Below the pieces are notes generated by a model. The model was given only the letters and a program-made list of their open reading frames with translations. It did not search any database and was not told the DNA's origin. Source: Reclinomonas americana ATCC 50394 (lineage: Eukaryota). Taken from it: a stretch of DNA of 20,000 bases. This document shows, one piece after another, positions 1 through 12,050 of the stretch. Made by a program: the position numbers and the translations under genes. The DNA lies in assembly GCA_048213135.1 (NCBI GenBank), contig PS015363.1:66158-86157 (forward strand), in the 5' to 3' direction. How positions within the stretch are numbered: position 1 is the stretch's first letter; each line of letters begins with the position of its first letter.

Positions 1-81
1 TGTATTATTCTGTGTCGCCGAGCGCTCGCCGTGTACCTGCTATCTTCCCTCCTTTCTTCTCCTCCCGTCTGCATCTTGCGG

Positions 82-2027
82 ATGATGCAGCAGCAGCAGG
101 CCGAGGCCTTTGGCACGGTGTCGCGATCGTCGGGCCCGCACCATGCTAGCGCTGACGCTGGCATGCTGCTGCCTCCGCTGCTGCTGCCGCCCCCTTCGCT
201 GCCACTTCCTGCAAGCACCGTACACATGGCGGTGCCGGTAGCCATCGAGGAGAGGCCGGCCGACAGTGCAAGCGGCCGCCGTTTCTCCCTCACCTTGCCC
301 GATGTGGCCATGACGCTGGAAGACGCCTCCCGACTGCACGCCGAGGACAGTGACGACGACGAAGAGGACTACGAGCTCGACGAGGATAACGACGACGACG
401 GTGACGAGGGGGGAGGCAGGCAACGTGACGGCCTTCGCAGCGGCGGCGGAGTCGCCACGGCTGCCACCACCGCAGCAACTCCGGCCGGCGCGGCTGCAAG
501 AAGCCGCGCCACAGCTGCAGGAAAGCGCAAGATCGAAATGATGTTTCTGGAGGCCAAGAACCGCCGCCATATTACATTCAGCAAACGCAAGGGCGGACTG
601 ATGAAGAAGGTGAGGAGAGCCGATTTACGCGACACAGCTGTCTGCAAATAGTAGTTGACACTCACCGCTGCGCATGCGCTGCGTACAGGCGTACGAGTTG
701 AGTGTGCTGGCGGCTGCACAAGTGCTGGTGCTGGTCGCCTCCGACAAGTGCCACGTGTACACGTTTGCCACGAGCAAGTTGCAGCCAGTGGTCACACGTC
801 CGGAGGGCAAAGGACTCGTGCAGATGTGCCTCAACATGCTTGACTCGGACGAAGAAGACGACGAGGATGGAGTCGACAACGTCAAGGAGGAGGCTGGTGG
901 GCGCCGCCGAGGGAAGCAGCCAGCCGGACGACAGCAGCGACGAAATACAAAAGACCGTGTTCGACAACAACTCCAGTTGCCACAGCTGCCACCGGCTCCA
1001 CCACCACTTCTTCTTGATCTTCCTCCGCTGCCACTGCCGCCCCCACCACCGCCACCGCCAGTGCTGATGGCAGTACCAGCGGAGTCTCGCGGAGACCACC
1101 CACCGCTGCCTATCTCTGAATCAGGCAACATCAGTTGGGTTCTTGCTGCTGTATTTCCTTTTATTCGCACAAAGAAGTTTGCGCTCACCACCATATTTGG
1201 CAATCACACAGGTATCCAGACAAACACAGGAGTGAGCCCCTGGCGACGTGCACTGCCGTCGGCGTCATACAGCGCACCAGATCCGGGACCACATTATCTG
1301 TATGCAGAGGCGCCCCCGTCACCTGCTGCGCGCTCCGCATACAGTTCTGGTACCATCCCGTATCACCAGTTGCTGCCTCCCCCGCCTCTGTCGTCGCTTC
1401 CTCTCCCACCACCACCACCACCACCACCACCACCACCGCCGCCACCACCAACTTCCTTGTACCCACCCAGCCGATCGTACGTACCCATTGCTCCCGAGCT
1501 GTCCCTGGTCGAGGCTTCATCGTTCGTCGGCCACGGTGGTTCATCTCTCGGCCTGTCGCCACACACTCACAGCCGTCTGCGATCCGATGGCATCAGCCAG
1601 CCGGTGAGTGGACGCAACTCGGCGGAGAAAGTCGCGACCGGAAAAATCGATATCTCACGTGTGCCTACAATATATACAGCACGGACTGTCGAGCCCGACA
1701 GGCAGCTCCACGCCACGTCGCCTGTCGAATCCGTTTCTCACCGACTTGTTGGCCTCGCCTTCGTCGTCGTTCATGCAACGCACCTCTTCTGGCGCTTCGC
1801 TCACGCAGTATGCATGCCAGCTGCCGAGCCATCCGCCGGATTCACCGCGCATCCCGCTGCAACAGCTGATCAACAGGAAGCCGTCCATGCCGCCGACTCC
1901 GCCGAGCACCACCGCCTCAACGACGACGACGACCACCACCACCACAACAGCAACTTCTCACGGAACTCCGCTACGTCGTGCTCCCTCCGCGCGGTCACTC
2001 AGCTTCTCCAACTCGGGCGGCTTATGA
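82..2027 (+). CDS. SRF/MCM1-type (type I) MADS-box transcription factor; 4 exons (82-609, 689-1133, 1212-1603, 1680-2027)
   Basis: Splicing intron 610-688 gives GKRKIEMMFLEAKNRRHITFSKRKGGLMKK|AYELSVLAAAQVLVLVASDKCHVYTFATSKLQPVVTRPEGKGLVQMCLN, a MADS box plus SRF SAM-like extension. Acidic N-terminal region and Pro/Ser/Thr-rich C-terminal region. Introns 1134-1211 and 1604-1679 are inferred from GT..AG and composition; stop TGA at 2025-2027. The start ATG at 82 is the first in-frame ATG within the window. Confidence 0.9.
1406..1450 (+). repeat. (CCA/CCG)n trinucleotide repeat encoding a poly-proline tract
   Basis: ccaccaccaccacca... run in exon 3 of the MADS gene. Confidence 0.9.
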
Positions 2028-2095
2028 ACTCAGCCACCGCACGCACGCTCTCGACGACCATGTATCATCACACCGTTTGCATCATGTACTGCACA

Positions 2096-2096
<1 letters not shown>

Positions 2097-2123
<27 letters not shown>
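2097..2123. repeat. (CA)n microsatellite between the convergent MADS and MNS1 stop codons
   Basis: perfect cacacaca... run. Confidence 0.95.
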
Positions 2124-2128
<5 letters not shown>

Positions 2129-2204
2129 AAATACACAAAAGCATTTTCCAATGTGCCCTCTTCCTTCTCACTCACTCTCACTCTCTGTCGCCTTCGCGTG
2201 CTGT

Positions 2205-4928
2205 CTAGCGACGAGGGGCTGATCGTGATGGGCCAGCCGAGGGCGGTGAACTGCCACTGCCCAGCTCGTTGATAAAGTAGTCGCGGAGATCTGGCGGCAG
2301 GGCATCGAGGTCGCGCGCATCGCGGAACACACCCTTCGGCAGGAACTTGAGCAGCTTGGAAGCATGCTCCCGAATCATGCGCTGTCGCTCCTGCTCGATA
2401 ATGGCACGACGAGCAGCCTGTCGTGACTCCTCGTCCTCCATCTCCTGGCGCTCACGCTGCCGCTGCTCCTCCACCATGCGCCGACGTTCCTCAATGAGTC
2501 GGTCAACCTGAATGACACGAGTGAGTTGTCGTCGTCAGTGATTTGCATGCGCATGGCCAAGACAAACTCTCCCACTCACCTCCTTGCGGTGGTCCATTTG
2601 CTTGCGACGACGCTTCTCTTGGCTGAGTTGCTCCAGGCGATCGTCTTCTGCGAACTTTTCCAGCATCTGGCGACGGAACTCGTCCTCCTCCAGGCGCTCG
2701 GCTTCCGCACGCTCGGCCTTGACACGCATCTGGAACTCGTTGGCCTGAATCATCTCCAGACGAGAGCGGATGCGCTTCTCGTTCTCCTCACGCTCCTTCT
2801 CGCGCTGCTTCTTGGCCTCCTCCTCCAAGTGCAGCTCCACCAGCAAGTTCTCGAACTCTTCCTGCTTGGCGCGCTCCTGCAGAATGCGCTCCGATTGCTG
2901 CACACACGTACACAGAAAACAGACACTGTCAGTCACCAGTTATGAGAGAAGAGATGAAGAGCGTGTGCAAAGACGCAACAATGGCAAGCAAACGGTCCTT
3001 CTCGGCCTGCACACCCGCACGCTTGGCCTCGCTGACTGCTGCTCGCGACTCTTGCTCCTCCAGGTATCGGCGAATCTACACGAGAAAAAATGCACTCACA
3101 TAAGTTGAACGGACCGGAGATGCTACACAAAATCCACGTGACAAACCTGCTCGTTCTCCTCCTGCTGTCTCCGTCTCTCGTTCTCTNNNNNNNNNNNNNN
3201 NNNNNNNNNNNNNNNNNNNNNNNNNNNNNNNNNNNNNNNNNNNNNNNNNNNNNNNNNNNNNNNNNNNNNNNNNNNNNNNNNNNNNNNNNNNNNNNNNNNN
3301 NNNNNNNNNNNNNNNNNNNNNNNNNNNNNNNNNNNNNNNNNNNNNNNNNNNNNNNNNNNNNNNNNNNNNNNNNNNNNNNNNNNNNNNNNNNNNNNNNNNN
3401 NNNNNNNNNNNNNNNNNNNNNNNNNNNNNNNNNNNNNNNNNNNNNNNNNNNNNNNNNNNNNNNNNNNNNNNNNNNNNNNNNNNNNNNNNNNNNNNNNNNN
3501 NNNNNNNNNNNNNNNNNNNNNNNNNNNNNNNNNNNNNNNNNNNNNNNNNNNNNNNNNNNNNNNNNNNNNNNNNNNNNNNNNNNNNNNNNNNNNNNNNNNN
3601 NNNNNNNNNNNNNNNNNNNNNNNNNNNNNNNNNNNNNNNNNNNNNNNNNNNNNNNNNNNNNNNNNNNNNNNNNNNNNNNNNNNNNNNNNNNNNNNNNNNN
3701 NNNNNNNNNNNNNNNNNNNNNNNNNNNNNNNNNNNNNNNNNNNNNNNNNNNNNNNNNNNNNNNNNNNNNNNNNNNNNNNNNNNNNNNNNNNNNNNNNNNN
3801 NNNNNNNNNNNNNNNNNNNNNNNNNNNNNNNNNNNNNNNNNNNNNNNNNNNNNNNNNNCGCAGCACCTCCTGCTGCTGCAGGAACTCGCGAACGAATGCC
3901 TGCGTCTCCTCCTGCTTGCGCATGCGGTCCAGCTGTTCGCGCTCGTCCTCCAGCTGGATCTTACGCACGAGCTCGTCAATCGCATCCTTCTCGCGGAGGA
4001 ACTCCTCATACGCATGCTGGCGTGCAATCTCGCGCTCCTCCATCTGCTGCTGCAGCATGACCTTGCCCTCCAGCAAGTGCTCGTGTCGCAGTCGCTCCTT
4101 CTCGCGCTCCGCAGCGTCAGCCGCCAAACGCGCCTGCTCCATCTCATCCGCCTTGACTCGGTCGTATTCCTGCACCGCACAAGGTGAGCCCTCACAACAG
4201 CCATGTGTGTGTGTGCGTGTGCGCGTGGACGCACCGCATCCTGCTGTTGCCGAATGCGTGCCTCCTCCACCTGATTGGCACGCTCCATGCTGACATACGC
4301 CACACGCAGCTTCGACTCCAAGTCCCTCAACTCATCGCTCTCCTCGCGAATGCGCTGCGNNNNNNNNNNNNNNNNNNNNCCATTGTTCATCATCATTACC
4401 ATCATTATCATGATCAGAGGAGAGCACACTGCCAGAGTCTCTCTCACCTGCACAACCTTCTCTTGTCGCAGTTGCTCTGTGCGACGGCGACTGATCTCAT
4501 TGGCAATGCGCTCCTCCTCCTCCACCAGGCGCTGCTGTTGCACGCGCGCGCGCTCCGACTACATCACACACACACAGGCGACATGACATGAGTGACACAC
4601 TCACACGTGCTGTCTGTCTCTCTTCAGAGCGCGCGCGCGCAACTTCCTCCATGGCCTGCTCAAGTGCCAGCTCCCGCTCGTACTCATCCAGCTCCTTCTG
4701 GCGACGAAGGCGCGTCACCTTTCCGTCAGAGTACTGCGCGCCCGCAGTCAGACTGTGTGTGGTCAGCATGCCCTTGAGATCCTGCTGAAAGTGGTCGCGT
4801 TGCCGCTCCTTTTGCATGCGCATCTCATAGAGTCTGCGAGTCGCCTGTTTGCGCGCACACACACAGGTAGAGTGAGTCACGCAGACAGCAGAAAGAGAGA
4901 GAGAGAGAGCGTGGTGCTGGCGGACCAT
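2205..4928 (-). CDS. MNS1: Meiosis-specific nuclear structural protein 1 (coiled-coil ciliary microtubule inner protein, TPH domain); 7 visible introns
   Basis: Spliced product is an E/R/Q-rich coiled coil with MNS1 hallmarks: RIREESDELRDLESKLRVAY, AYEEFLREKDAIDELVRKIQLED, MLEKFAEDDRLEQLSQEKRRRKQMDHRKEV and IIEQERQRMIREHASKLLKFLPKGVF. Probable ATG-only first coding exon at 4928-4926, followed by intron 4925-4845. Stop TAG at 2207-2205. Confidence 0.88.
3187..3858. other. assembly gap (672 N) inside an MNS1 exon
   Basis: run of N. Confidence 1.
4360..4379. other. assembly gap (20 N) inside an MNS1 intron
   Basis: run of N within intron 4447-4355. Confidence 1.
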
Positions 4929-4979
4929 TTTCGTGTGAGCAAACGGTTGTGGGTGTGAGTCATCGATCTACGGTCTACA

Positions 4980-7900
4980 TTAGTGCGTTTTTGGCTGTTC
5001 GCGCAAACATGTCTCCACGAGGCGCGTCACTCGCTGGCCGAGATCGTCCACCTGCGGGTGAATGCTGAGCAGAGTGAAGAACAGTGAACGAGAAGGCAAC
5101 ATGGTGTGCCGGACCTGATGATTCCACGAGACCACGAGTCGTGAGCTGCGGCAGGCCACCGACACGCCGCCGACGTTGATAAAGTCAGGCGCCGACGATG
5201 AGATGGGCACGGAGTCGGACACGGCTCTGTTATGTACGACGTGAATTGTGCGAATGGGGACGAAGGGGAGAGCGCGACGAACTGAGAGAGGGAGCACAGA
5301 ATGCCCTCGAGGGTCGCCAGGCCTTCGGCGTCCGAGGCCACGCGGTGCACTACGGTGTGTTTTAGGCGGGTGACCGACACGCCGAGTGTTTGTTCCGCCT
5401 CTGTTGGCGACACAAGCACCGGGACCTGCGGGAGGAGGTCACTCACCAAAGAGCGAGAAAAACATCGCGCTCTTCAAACACCACCACCAACCTCGCGATC
5501 CCGCAGGAGCAGCACGCCACGCACGGGGACCGAGTCACCGGGACAGCCGCCATCGGCTCCCGTCACTACCAGACATTATCACACTACTGTCAAAGTGCTG
5601 TTCAGAACTGAAGCGGTGTGATTGTGGACGCAACTGGCGGCAAGTCGGCCGCGGCTTTCCGCTTGCAGCGACGCCGAAATGTCGACACTCATGGCGGGGC
5701 CGGGTGGCACCGACAGCTGTGTATGAGAGGAACTTGCAATGATAAGTGGCACGTAGGTCAGCACTCTCATGTGCAAGGTGGAGCACGCAACCGAGGCCGC
5801 TCCATCTTCCTCCATCTCGAGAAATCGCGCATCATCTGGTGTGCCCTGGATGCTCACCGAGGTCCCATTCGGCGGCGTCTCCACCGGCACGCCGATTTCA
5901 CGCTCGATGCGTCGCTTCAAGTGCGCCCTGTCGCGGCAACGAGAGTGAGACGGAGAGAAGACAGCAATATTTCGCTCAAGACAGCGCGCACATTTTGGCC
6001 TTCTCGCCATGCACCAGCATGACGTTGCGCGGCTGCACCTGACGAATGAGCTGGAAAATGCCCTTGGCATCGGTGTGCGCACTGAAAGACATGTTCTCCA
6101 CGCGCATCTGCACCCGCACTCGTGTCTTGCGGTCAATGTCGACTTCGGGAGCGCCAGACAGGATCTTGGCGCCGACCGTGCCCGGCACGCAGTACCTACA
6201 CTCGCCCCCCGCCCCACGAATCAGTAATCCAGTGGACGGCGCCTTCGTATGCAAGACTGACGCACCCTGGAATGACCACCATGTTCTTCTCGTCTTCACA
6301 CCAGGCGCGGAACACCTCCAGCGACAAACCCGCGTGCAGCATACCAGGTGTGGCGAACAGGACGCACGGTCCAGGTGCGCGCATGAGCGACCGGTCAAAG
6401 GCCTTGATGTGCCGAAAGTCGAACATGTTGCTACAAGCACGGAAAGAACGTGAGCGTTAACTCGGTCGCCACTCCCTCACTCACTCAGCAGCTCACCGAT
6501 CAGTGAACGTGGTCCGGATCTTCTCGTTCGTCCACTGAATGTACAGCTGATAGTACAAGTTGGCCTTCTCGACCAGTCCTGTGCAGAGGCGCAGACCATC
6601 ATCAGCTTCTGTCGCCACCCTTGCCAGCGAGAAAATGTATCGTACCCGCTGAAAAGTACACTGGCACCGTCAAACCCATGCGCTCCCAGTACGTCTCGAT
6701 GAGAATGCACAGCTCTTGCGCTCGACCGAGTGCAAACACCGGAATCAACACCTGCGCCCCGCCACGTGAGCCACGCCACTCCGACGCACACACACACACA
6801 TAGGAGAGTCACAAAAGACCTTGCCACCACGCTGCACCACTTGATGCACGTTGGCCAGGAAGGTGCTCTCGCGAGTGCGTTTCGAGTCGCGCACAGTCGT
6901 GGCGTAGCTGAGCTCAAAAAGTGAGCGCGTGGGTGAATAATAGGGAAAGGGATCACGCGTCACGCACGTGGACTCGGTAATGAGAAGATCTGGTCGCAAA
7001 AGGTCGGCGCTGGCCGCTCCCAAGTGTCGATCCGGTGTCATGTTGTAGTCGCCCGTGTAGAGCACACTCTCGCCGCCGCATCGCACGTGGAACATGGCGG
7101 CGCCGAGCACCTGCAGAATGCTCGCGTGAGAAGGAGACGGAGAGAGTGCCAAAGAGAGGGTCGACCACGCAACATGGCCGGCGTAGTACGCCGTGATCTC
7201 CATGTCATCGTCGACCACCACAGTCTCACGCAGCTTGACGCAAATCACTGCGCGCCCGCGCCCGCGCGCGCATGTGAGTGACAAAATCACCAATACACGA
7301 CTGGTGCAACGATACAGCAGTGCCTCACCCTTCTTCATGCACGCCGCAATGTCGTCGGCCGTGAAAAAATCAGTCTCGCCTCGCCGATCCACCGCAATGC
7401 GTCGAAAGTCTTCCAGCAGAATCGGGCAAATGGCGCGCGTGGGACCCTGCCAACGCGCAACAAGTGAGTGAAAGCTGTCTCCTCACAGCTCAGCGCTCCC
7501 TTCCACGCAACTGTCATATACACTGGTCCACTGTAGCCGCACTGCTCGGTAAAGTACGGCAGCGATCCGCAGTGATCCAAGTGACTGCTCACAATCGATT
7601 CTTGAGACAACACACTCTCACTCTGCCTGCGTGCATGCAAAAGTGTACGCAACAAGTGCGAGATGATCACACAGTCGATGATCTGACTGTAGTCGCCTGT
7701 GCCGGCACCTCGCAGGAACGCAAAGTCGGGGAAGCGTCGAGCATCATTGAATCCCATGTGCATTCCACAGTCAAACATGATGTTGCGCCCACTGTGTGCA
7801 TGTGTGTGTGAGAGAGAGAGAGAGAGACAGGCAGGCAGAGAGGAAACAAGGTGAGTGCTTCTGCACGCGATACACGCACCCCAGCGTGACGACAACACAC

Positions 7901-8030
7901 GAGCGACCGACATCTTGCCTGTGAGTGTGTGCACGCATGCATGTGCGATGAGTGAGTGAGTGGACGTGTGTGTCAGTCACACGCAAGCTGTGTGAATGAC
8001 CAACCCTGCGCCGAGACACACGACTCGCAT
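4980..8030 (-). CDS. INTS11: Integrator complex subunit 11 / CPSF73-II (metallo-beta-lactamase + beta-CASP RNA endonuclease); about 17 introns
   Basis: Spliced motifs [162 protein letters not shown] and C-terminal SWNHQ. The QDVGRSC, GMHMG and YNMTPDRHL motifs distinguish it from CPSF3. Stop TAA at 4982-4980. A short extra 5' exon upstream of 8030 is possible. Confidence 0.95.
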
Positions 8031-8116
8031 GCTGCGTGCTATGCGTGCAATCGTGTGCAGGACGACGACGACGGACCAAACATTGCATTGTCGCTTACAC
8101 TCCCGCTCCCCTGTCT

Positions 8117-9024
8117 NNNNNNNNNNNNNNNNNNNNNNNNNNNNNNNNNNNNNNNNNNNNNNNNNNNNNNNNNNNNNNNNNNNNNNNNNNNNNNNNNNNN
8201 NNNNNNNNNNNNNNNNNNNNNNNNNNNNNNNNNNNNNNNNNNNNNNNNNNNNNNNNNNNNNNNNNNNNNNNNNNNNNNNNNNNNNNNNNNNNNNNNNNNN
8301 NNNNNNNNNNNNNNNNNNNNNNNNNNNNNNNNNNNNNNNNNNNNNNNNNNNNNNNNNNNNNNNNNNNNNNNNNNNNNNNNNNNNNNNNNNNNNNNNNNNN
8401 NNNNNNNNNNNNNNNNNNNNNNNNNNNNNNNNNNNNNNNNNNNNNNNNNNNNNNNNNNNNNNNNNNNNNNNNNNNNNNNNNNNNNNNNNNNNNNNNNNNN
8501 NNNNNNNNNNNNNNNNNNNNNNNNNNNNNNNNNNNNNNNNNNNNNNNNNNNNNNNNNNNNNNNNNNNNNNNNNNNNNNNNNNNNNNNNNNNNNNNNNNNN
8601 NNNNNNNNNNNNNNNNNNNNNNNNNNNNNNNNNNNNNNNNNNNNNNNNNNNNNNNNNNNNNNNNNNNNNNNNNNNNNNNNNNNNNNNNNNNNNNNNNNNN
8701 NNNNNNNNNNNNNNNNNNNNNNNNNNNNNNNNNNNNNNNNNNNNNNNNNNNNNNNNNNNNNNNNNNNNNNNNNNNNNNNNNNNNNNNNNNNNNNNNNNNN
8801 NNNNNNNNNNNNNNNNNNNNNNNNNNNNNNNNNNNNNNNNNNNNNNNNNNNNNNNNNNNNNNNNNNNNNNNNNNNNNNNNNNNNNNNNNNNNNNNNNNNN
8901 NNNNNNNNNNNNNNNNNNNNNNNNNNNNNNNNNNNNNNNNNNNNNNNNNNNNNNNNNNNNNNNNNNNNNNNNNNNNNNNNNNNNNNNNNNNNNNNNNNNN
9001 NNNNNNNNNNNNNNNNNNNNNNNN
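8117..9024. other. assembly gap (908 N) between the 7TM gene tail and the INTS11 5' end
   Basis: run of N. Confidence 1.
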
Positions 9025-11576
9025 GAACCACCTGACGCCGCCGCTGCAGCAGCCGTAGCAGCGGTACTCGTGCCTGTGGAGGCAAAGCGACGATTTGAAC
9101 CACTTGGCACCAGTGAGCCATGCGGGCTCTTCCCTGTGCTGCTGTTGGAGGACCTCGGTGTGCCGTCGCGACTGCCACCGCCATTGATGCTCATGCCGAA
9201 CGGCGCGTACTCGTCTTGGTCACGTGCGCCGCCGCCGCTGCCGCCACCGCCACCACGTCTGGGTGACGATTGCGACGAGGGCGTGCCGCTGCGTCCCTCC
9301 AACAGCAACGGCGACTCGTCGACAAACGAGTGCGGCTGCGATTGTGAGCCCTCCACCTTGTCGCCCGTCGCCATTCGTCGATGCGATGACACGGCAGTGG
9401 GCTGGGCAGCCTGCTGGCCGCGGATTTCTCGTCGGCTCGGTCGACGCGAACCCAGAAGCGCATCGGCAGCNNNNNNNNNNNNNNNNNNNNNNNNNNNNNN
9501 NNNNNNNNNNNNNNNNNNNNNNNNNNNNNNNNNNNNNNNNNNNNNNNNNNNNNNNNNNNNNNNNNNNNNNNNNNNNNNNNNNNNNNNNNNNNNNNNNNNN
9601 NNNNNNNNNNNNNNNNNNNNNNNNNNNNNNNNNNNNNNNNNNNNNNNNNNNNNNNNNNNNNNNNNNNNNNNNNNNNNNNNNNNNNNNNNNNNNNNNNNNN
9701 NNNNNNNNNNNNNNNNNNNNNNNNNNNNNNNNNNNNNNNNNNNNNNNNNNNNNNNNNNNNNNNNNNNNNNNNNNNNNNNNNNNNNNNNNNNNNNNNNNNN
9801 NNNNNNNNNNNNNNNNNNNNNNNNNNNNNNNNNNNNNNNNNNNNNNNNNNNNNNNNNNNNNNNNNNNNNNNNNNNNNNNNNNNNNNNNNNNNNNNNNNNN
9901 NNNNNNNNNNNNNNNNNNNNNNNNNNNNNNNNNNNNNNNNNNNAGCCATCGAGGTCGGCGACATGTCGCCTCGCGCGGGACTCTGCACCGTGCCGCTTCC
10001 ACCGTTACTGTCGGTGGAGCTGTTGGGTACAGAGATCGTGTGCGCTCCTGAGCCGCTCGGCGTGCTGTCGCCACCAACAGACGCGGCAGCGGCGGCAGTT
10101 CGGCCCGACACATCGACCCGCACAAACGCGGGCGCGGCCGACGGCACCGACACTGACAGCGACATTGGCTGGCGGTGTGGATCGTCGACACCGTCGACGG
10201 TGTTGACCAGGCAGTCTGCTTGCGATGACACCCGCTGCAGCGCGCGAACAATGTCATGAAACGAGGTGTGTGTGTGTGTGTGTGACACGTGCATAAGTCA
10301 ACAAACATACCTGTGGCAACTCCGGATTGATCACCAGCGGAGATTGTTCGCTCACGAGCGACGGGTTGGTGATTGGCGACTTGATACGCAGGATCAGGAG
10401 GCTCACGCAAATGGGCACAAAGTCGAGAGTCATGGACACAATGGCAACTGCGTGCACGGAGAGAGAAAGAAACATGAGCACAATGACGGAGATGCACATT
10501 TTTGGGTTGTTGTCATCCGCTCAACTAAAGAAGCGTGAGTCTGGGTTGGACCAGAGCGCCTGATGGCGCACAGCCACAGTCGCGTCCATGACGCAGCGCG
10601 CAATCAGCATGACGCCAAACATGACGCTGATGACAAACACCTTGGCATGCACACAATGGTGTCAGATGCGACTGCTGCATCGGAGACAAGCGTGCAAGAA
10701 AAGAAATATTCTCCGTCACCATTCGCACGTGCGAAAAGTTGGCCGTCTCGTCCTTGACGCCGCCGACCATGGCGCGATGCGTGAAGAAGTACCAGAAGAG
10801 GAAGAACACAACAATCGACGCCGACAGAATTGCATGATATGAAAACTGCCGCGCCACAAGATCAGTGCGAGTGGTGCACTGGGCGGTGCTTGCTTTTCCT
10901 TCTTCAACAAACCTGCAACTCCCACACCCACGACGCGTGCGGACCCAGCACCACAAAGCCGATAAGCAAGCCCCACTCCAGCGCATGAAGCTGCACATGT
11001 GCAAAGGAAGATTCGATGAGATGAGGGGAGAGGGAGTCTCTCACTCGTGACATGCGTACCAACAGGTTGATGCCGAAGAAGAGCTTGGCTGGCCGTCGCA
11101 AGAAGCGATGCACGTGCTGCATGGAGTACGAGTTCGACAAGTGCAGCAGACTCGACCTGTGCGCCAGTGTGTCAGCGCACGCACACGCACATGTGGAGAG
11201 GAGATGCGAAGGCCTCTCACCAGCACATGACCAGCGGGAAGAACGCCGAGTAGTAGAGCATGGAGCAGCCAAAGTACGTCACAATCATTAGTGTGGGCGG
11301 GAATAAGTGACCATCGTAGGGTAAGTCAAAGAACTGTGCCGCTCGACCTGCATGTGCGCACGTGCTGGTCATTACACAGCAGCACTTGTGCAGACAGACA
11401 GACAGACACACGCACACACTGTCTCCATCACACTCACCGAGTAGCACTGGTATCACGAGGAAAAAGAAGACCTTTTGCGGAGGATACGACCGCGGAAACT
11501 TGTGGCAGTGTGCGACAAACTCGTGGCTCGCAAAGAGGAAGAGCAGCACGTAGAGACCAGCCATGGTGTAGCACAT
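9025..11576 (-). CDS. GPR137/TOM1/THH1-like seven-transmembrane protein with a long low-complexity cytosolic tail; 3' end runs into a gap
   Basis: GCC-ATG at 11576. Seven introns give seven hydrophobic segments: MAGLYVLLFLFAS, QKVFFFLVIPVLLGRAAQFF, FGCSMLYYSAFFPLVMCW, LFFGINLLLHALEWGLLIGFVVL, YHAILSASIVVFFLFWYFF, VFVISVMFGVMLIARCVM and FIAIVSMTLDFVPICVSLLIL. The QK.F..L...R, F..L...W, TM6 Arg and TM7 D/E-x-x-P pattern resembles the DUF1084/GPR137 family. A Ser/Gly-rich tail follows. Confidence 0.7.
9471..9943. other. assembly gap (473 N) inside the 7TM tail exon
   Basis: run of N. Confidence 1.
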
Positions 11577-11689
11577 GGCGGGCCCAGCTGTCACCAAAAA
11601 GAGAGAGAGGAGTGAGTGAGCGAGTGTTTCAGACACGCACTTCACTGCGCACAGTCTCGCGACTGAAAGATGCGCGTGTGCAGAGAGGA

Positions 11690-12050
11690 ACGACAGATGC
11701 ACACACGCACACACAGACGGAACGAGAGAGAAAGAGAGAGGAGTGGACACGCAAGCGAGGAGAAACACGACGACACTGACCTCACTTACAAAACACGACA
11801 GGAATCGACACTCACTTCGCGTCTCTCTCTTCCTCTCTCTCTCACACTCACACTCACACACTCATACACAGAGGGAGAGACACACACACGCGCGCACGCA
11901 CCAGCCTCCAACGCATTTGTCATTCTGTGTGACTCCACGCGCACACTCGCACGCACACACACTCACTCACTCGCCCTCTCCAACTGCCACCGCAGACACG
12001 CAAAGAGACACGCGCAACAGCACACAACACACGCGCTCTCTTCCTCCACT
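11690..12050. promoter_or_regulatory. (CA)n/(GA)n/(CT)n-rich divergent intergenic region, probable bidirectional promoter and 5' UTRs
   Basis: Lies between divergent ATGs at 11576 (-) and 12154 (+) and is dense in degenerate dinucleotide repeats. No specific promoter motif identified. Confidence 0.45.

Noticed and set aside
1125-1211. GC-AG intron (CAG|GCAACA) in the MADS gene
   Set aside because: A GT donor of the common shifted class (A|GTTGGGT, 1134) gives the same frame, so no non-canonical donor is needed.
674-2272. 532-aa ORF as a stand-alone protein
   Set aside because: It is MADS exons 2-3 read through introns. After donor GTGAGT at 1604 the real frame shifts and ends at 2027.
4980-8030. 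Functional link between INTS11 (snRNA processing) and the unusual splice donors
   Set aside because: The shifted donors occur in all six genes, so proximity is coincidental and offers no mechanistic evidence.
7956-10497. Long ORFs spanning N runs
   Set aside because: Artefacts of translating Ns as X.
10498-10524. 27-nt micro-exon or in-frame TGA readthrough in the 7TM gene
   Set aside because: A single 78-nt intron (10525-10448, donor GTTGAG) resolves the frame and restores TM7.
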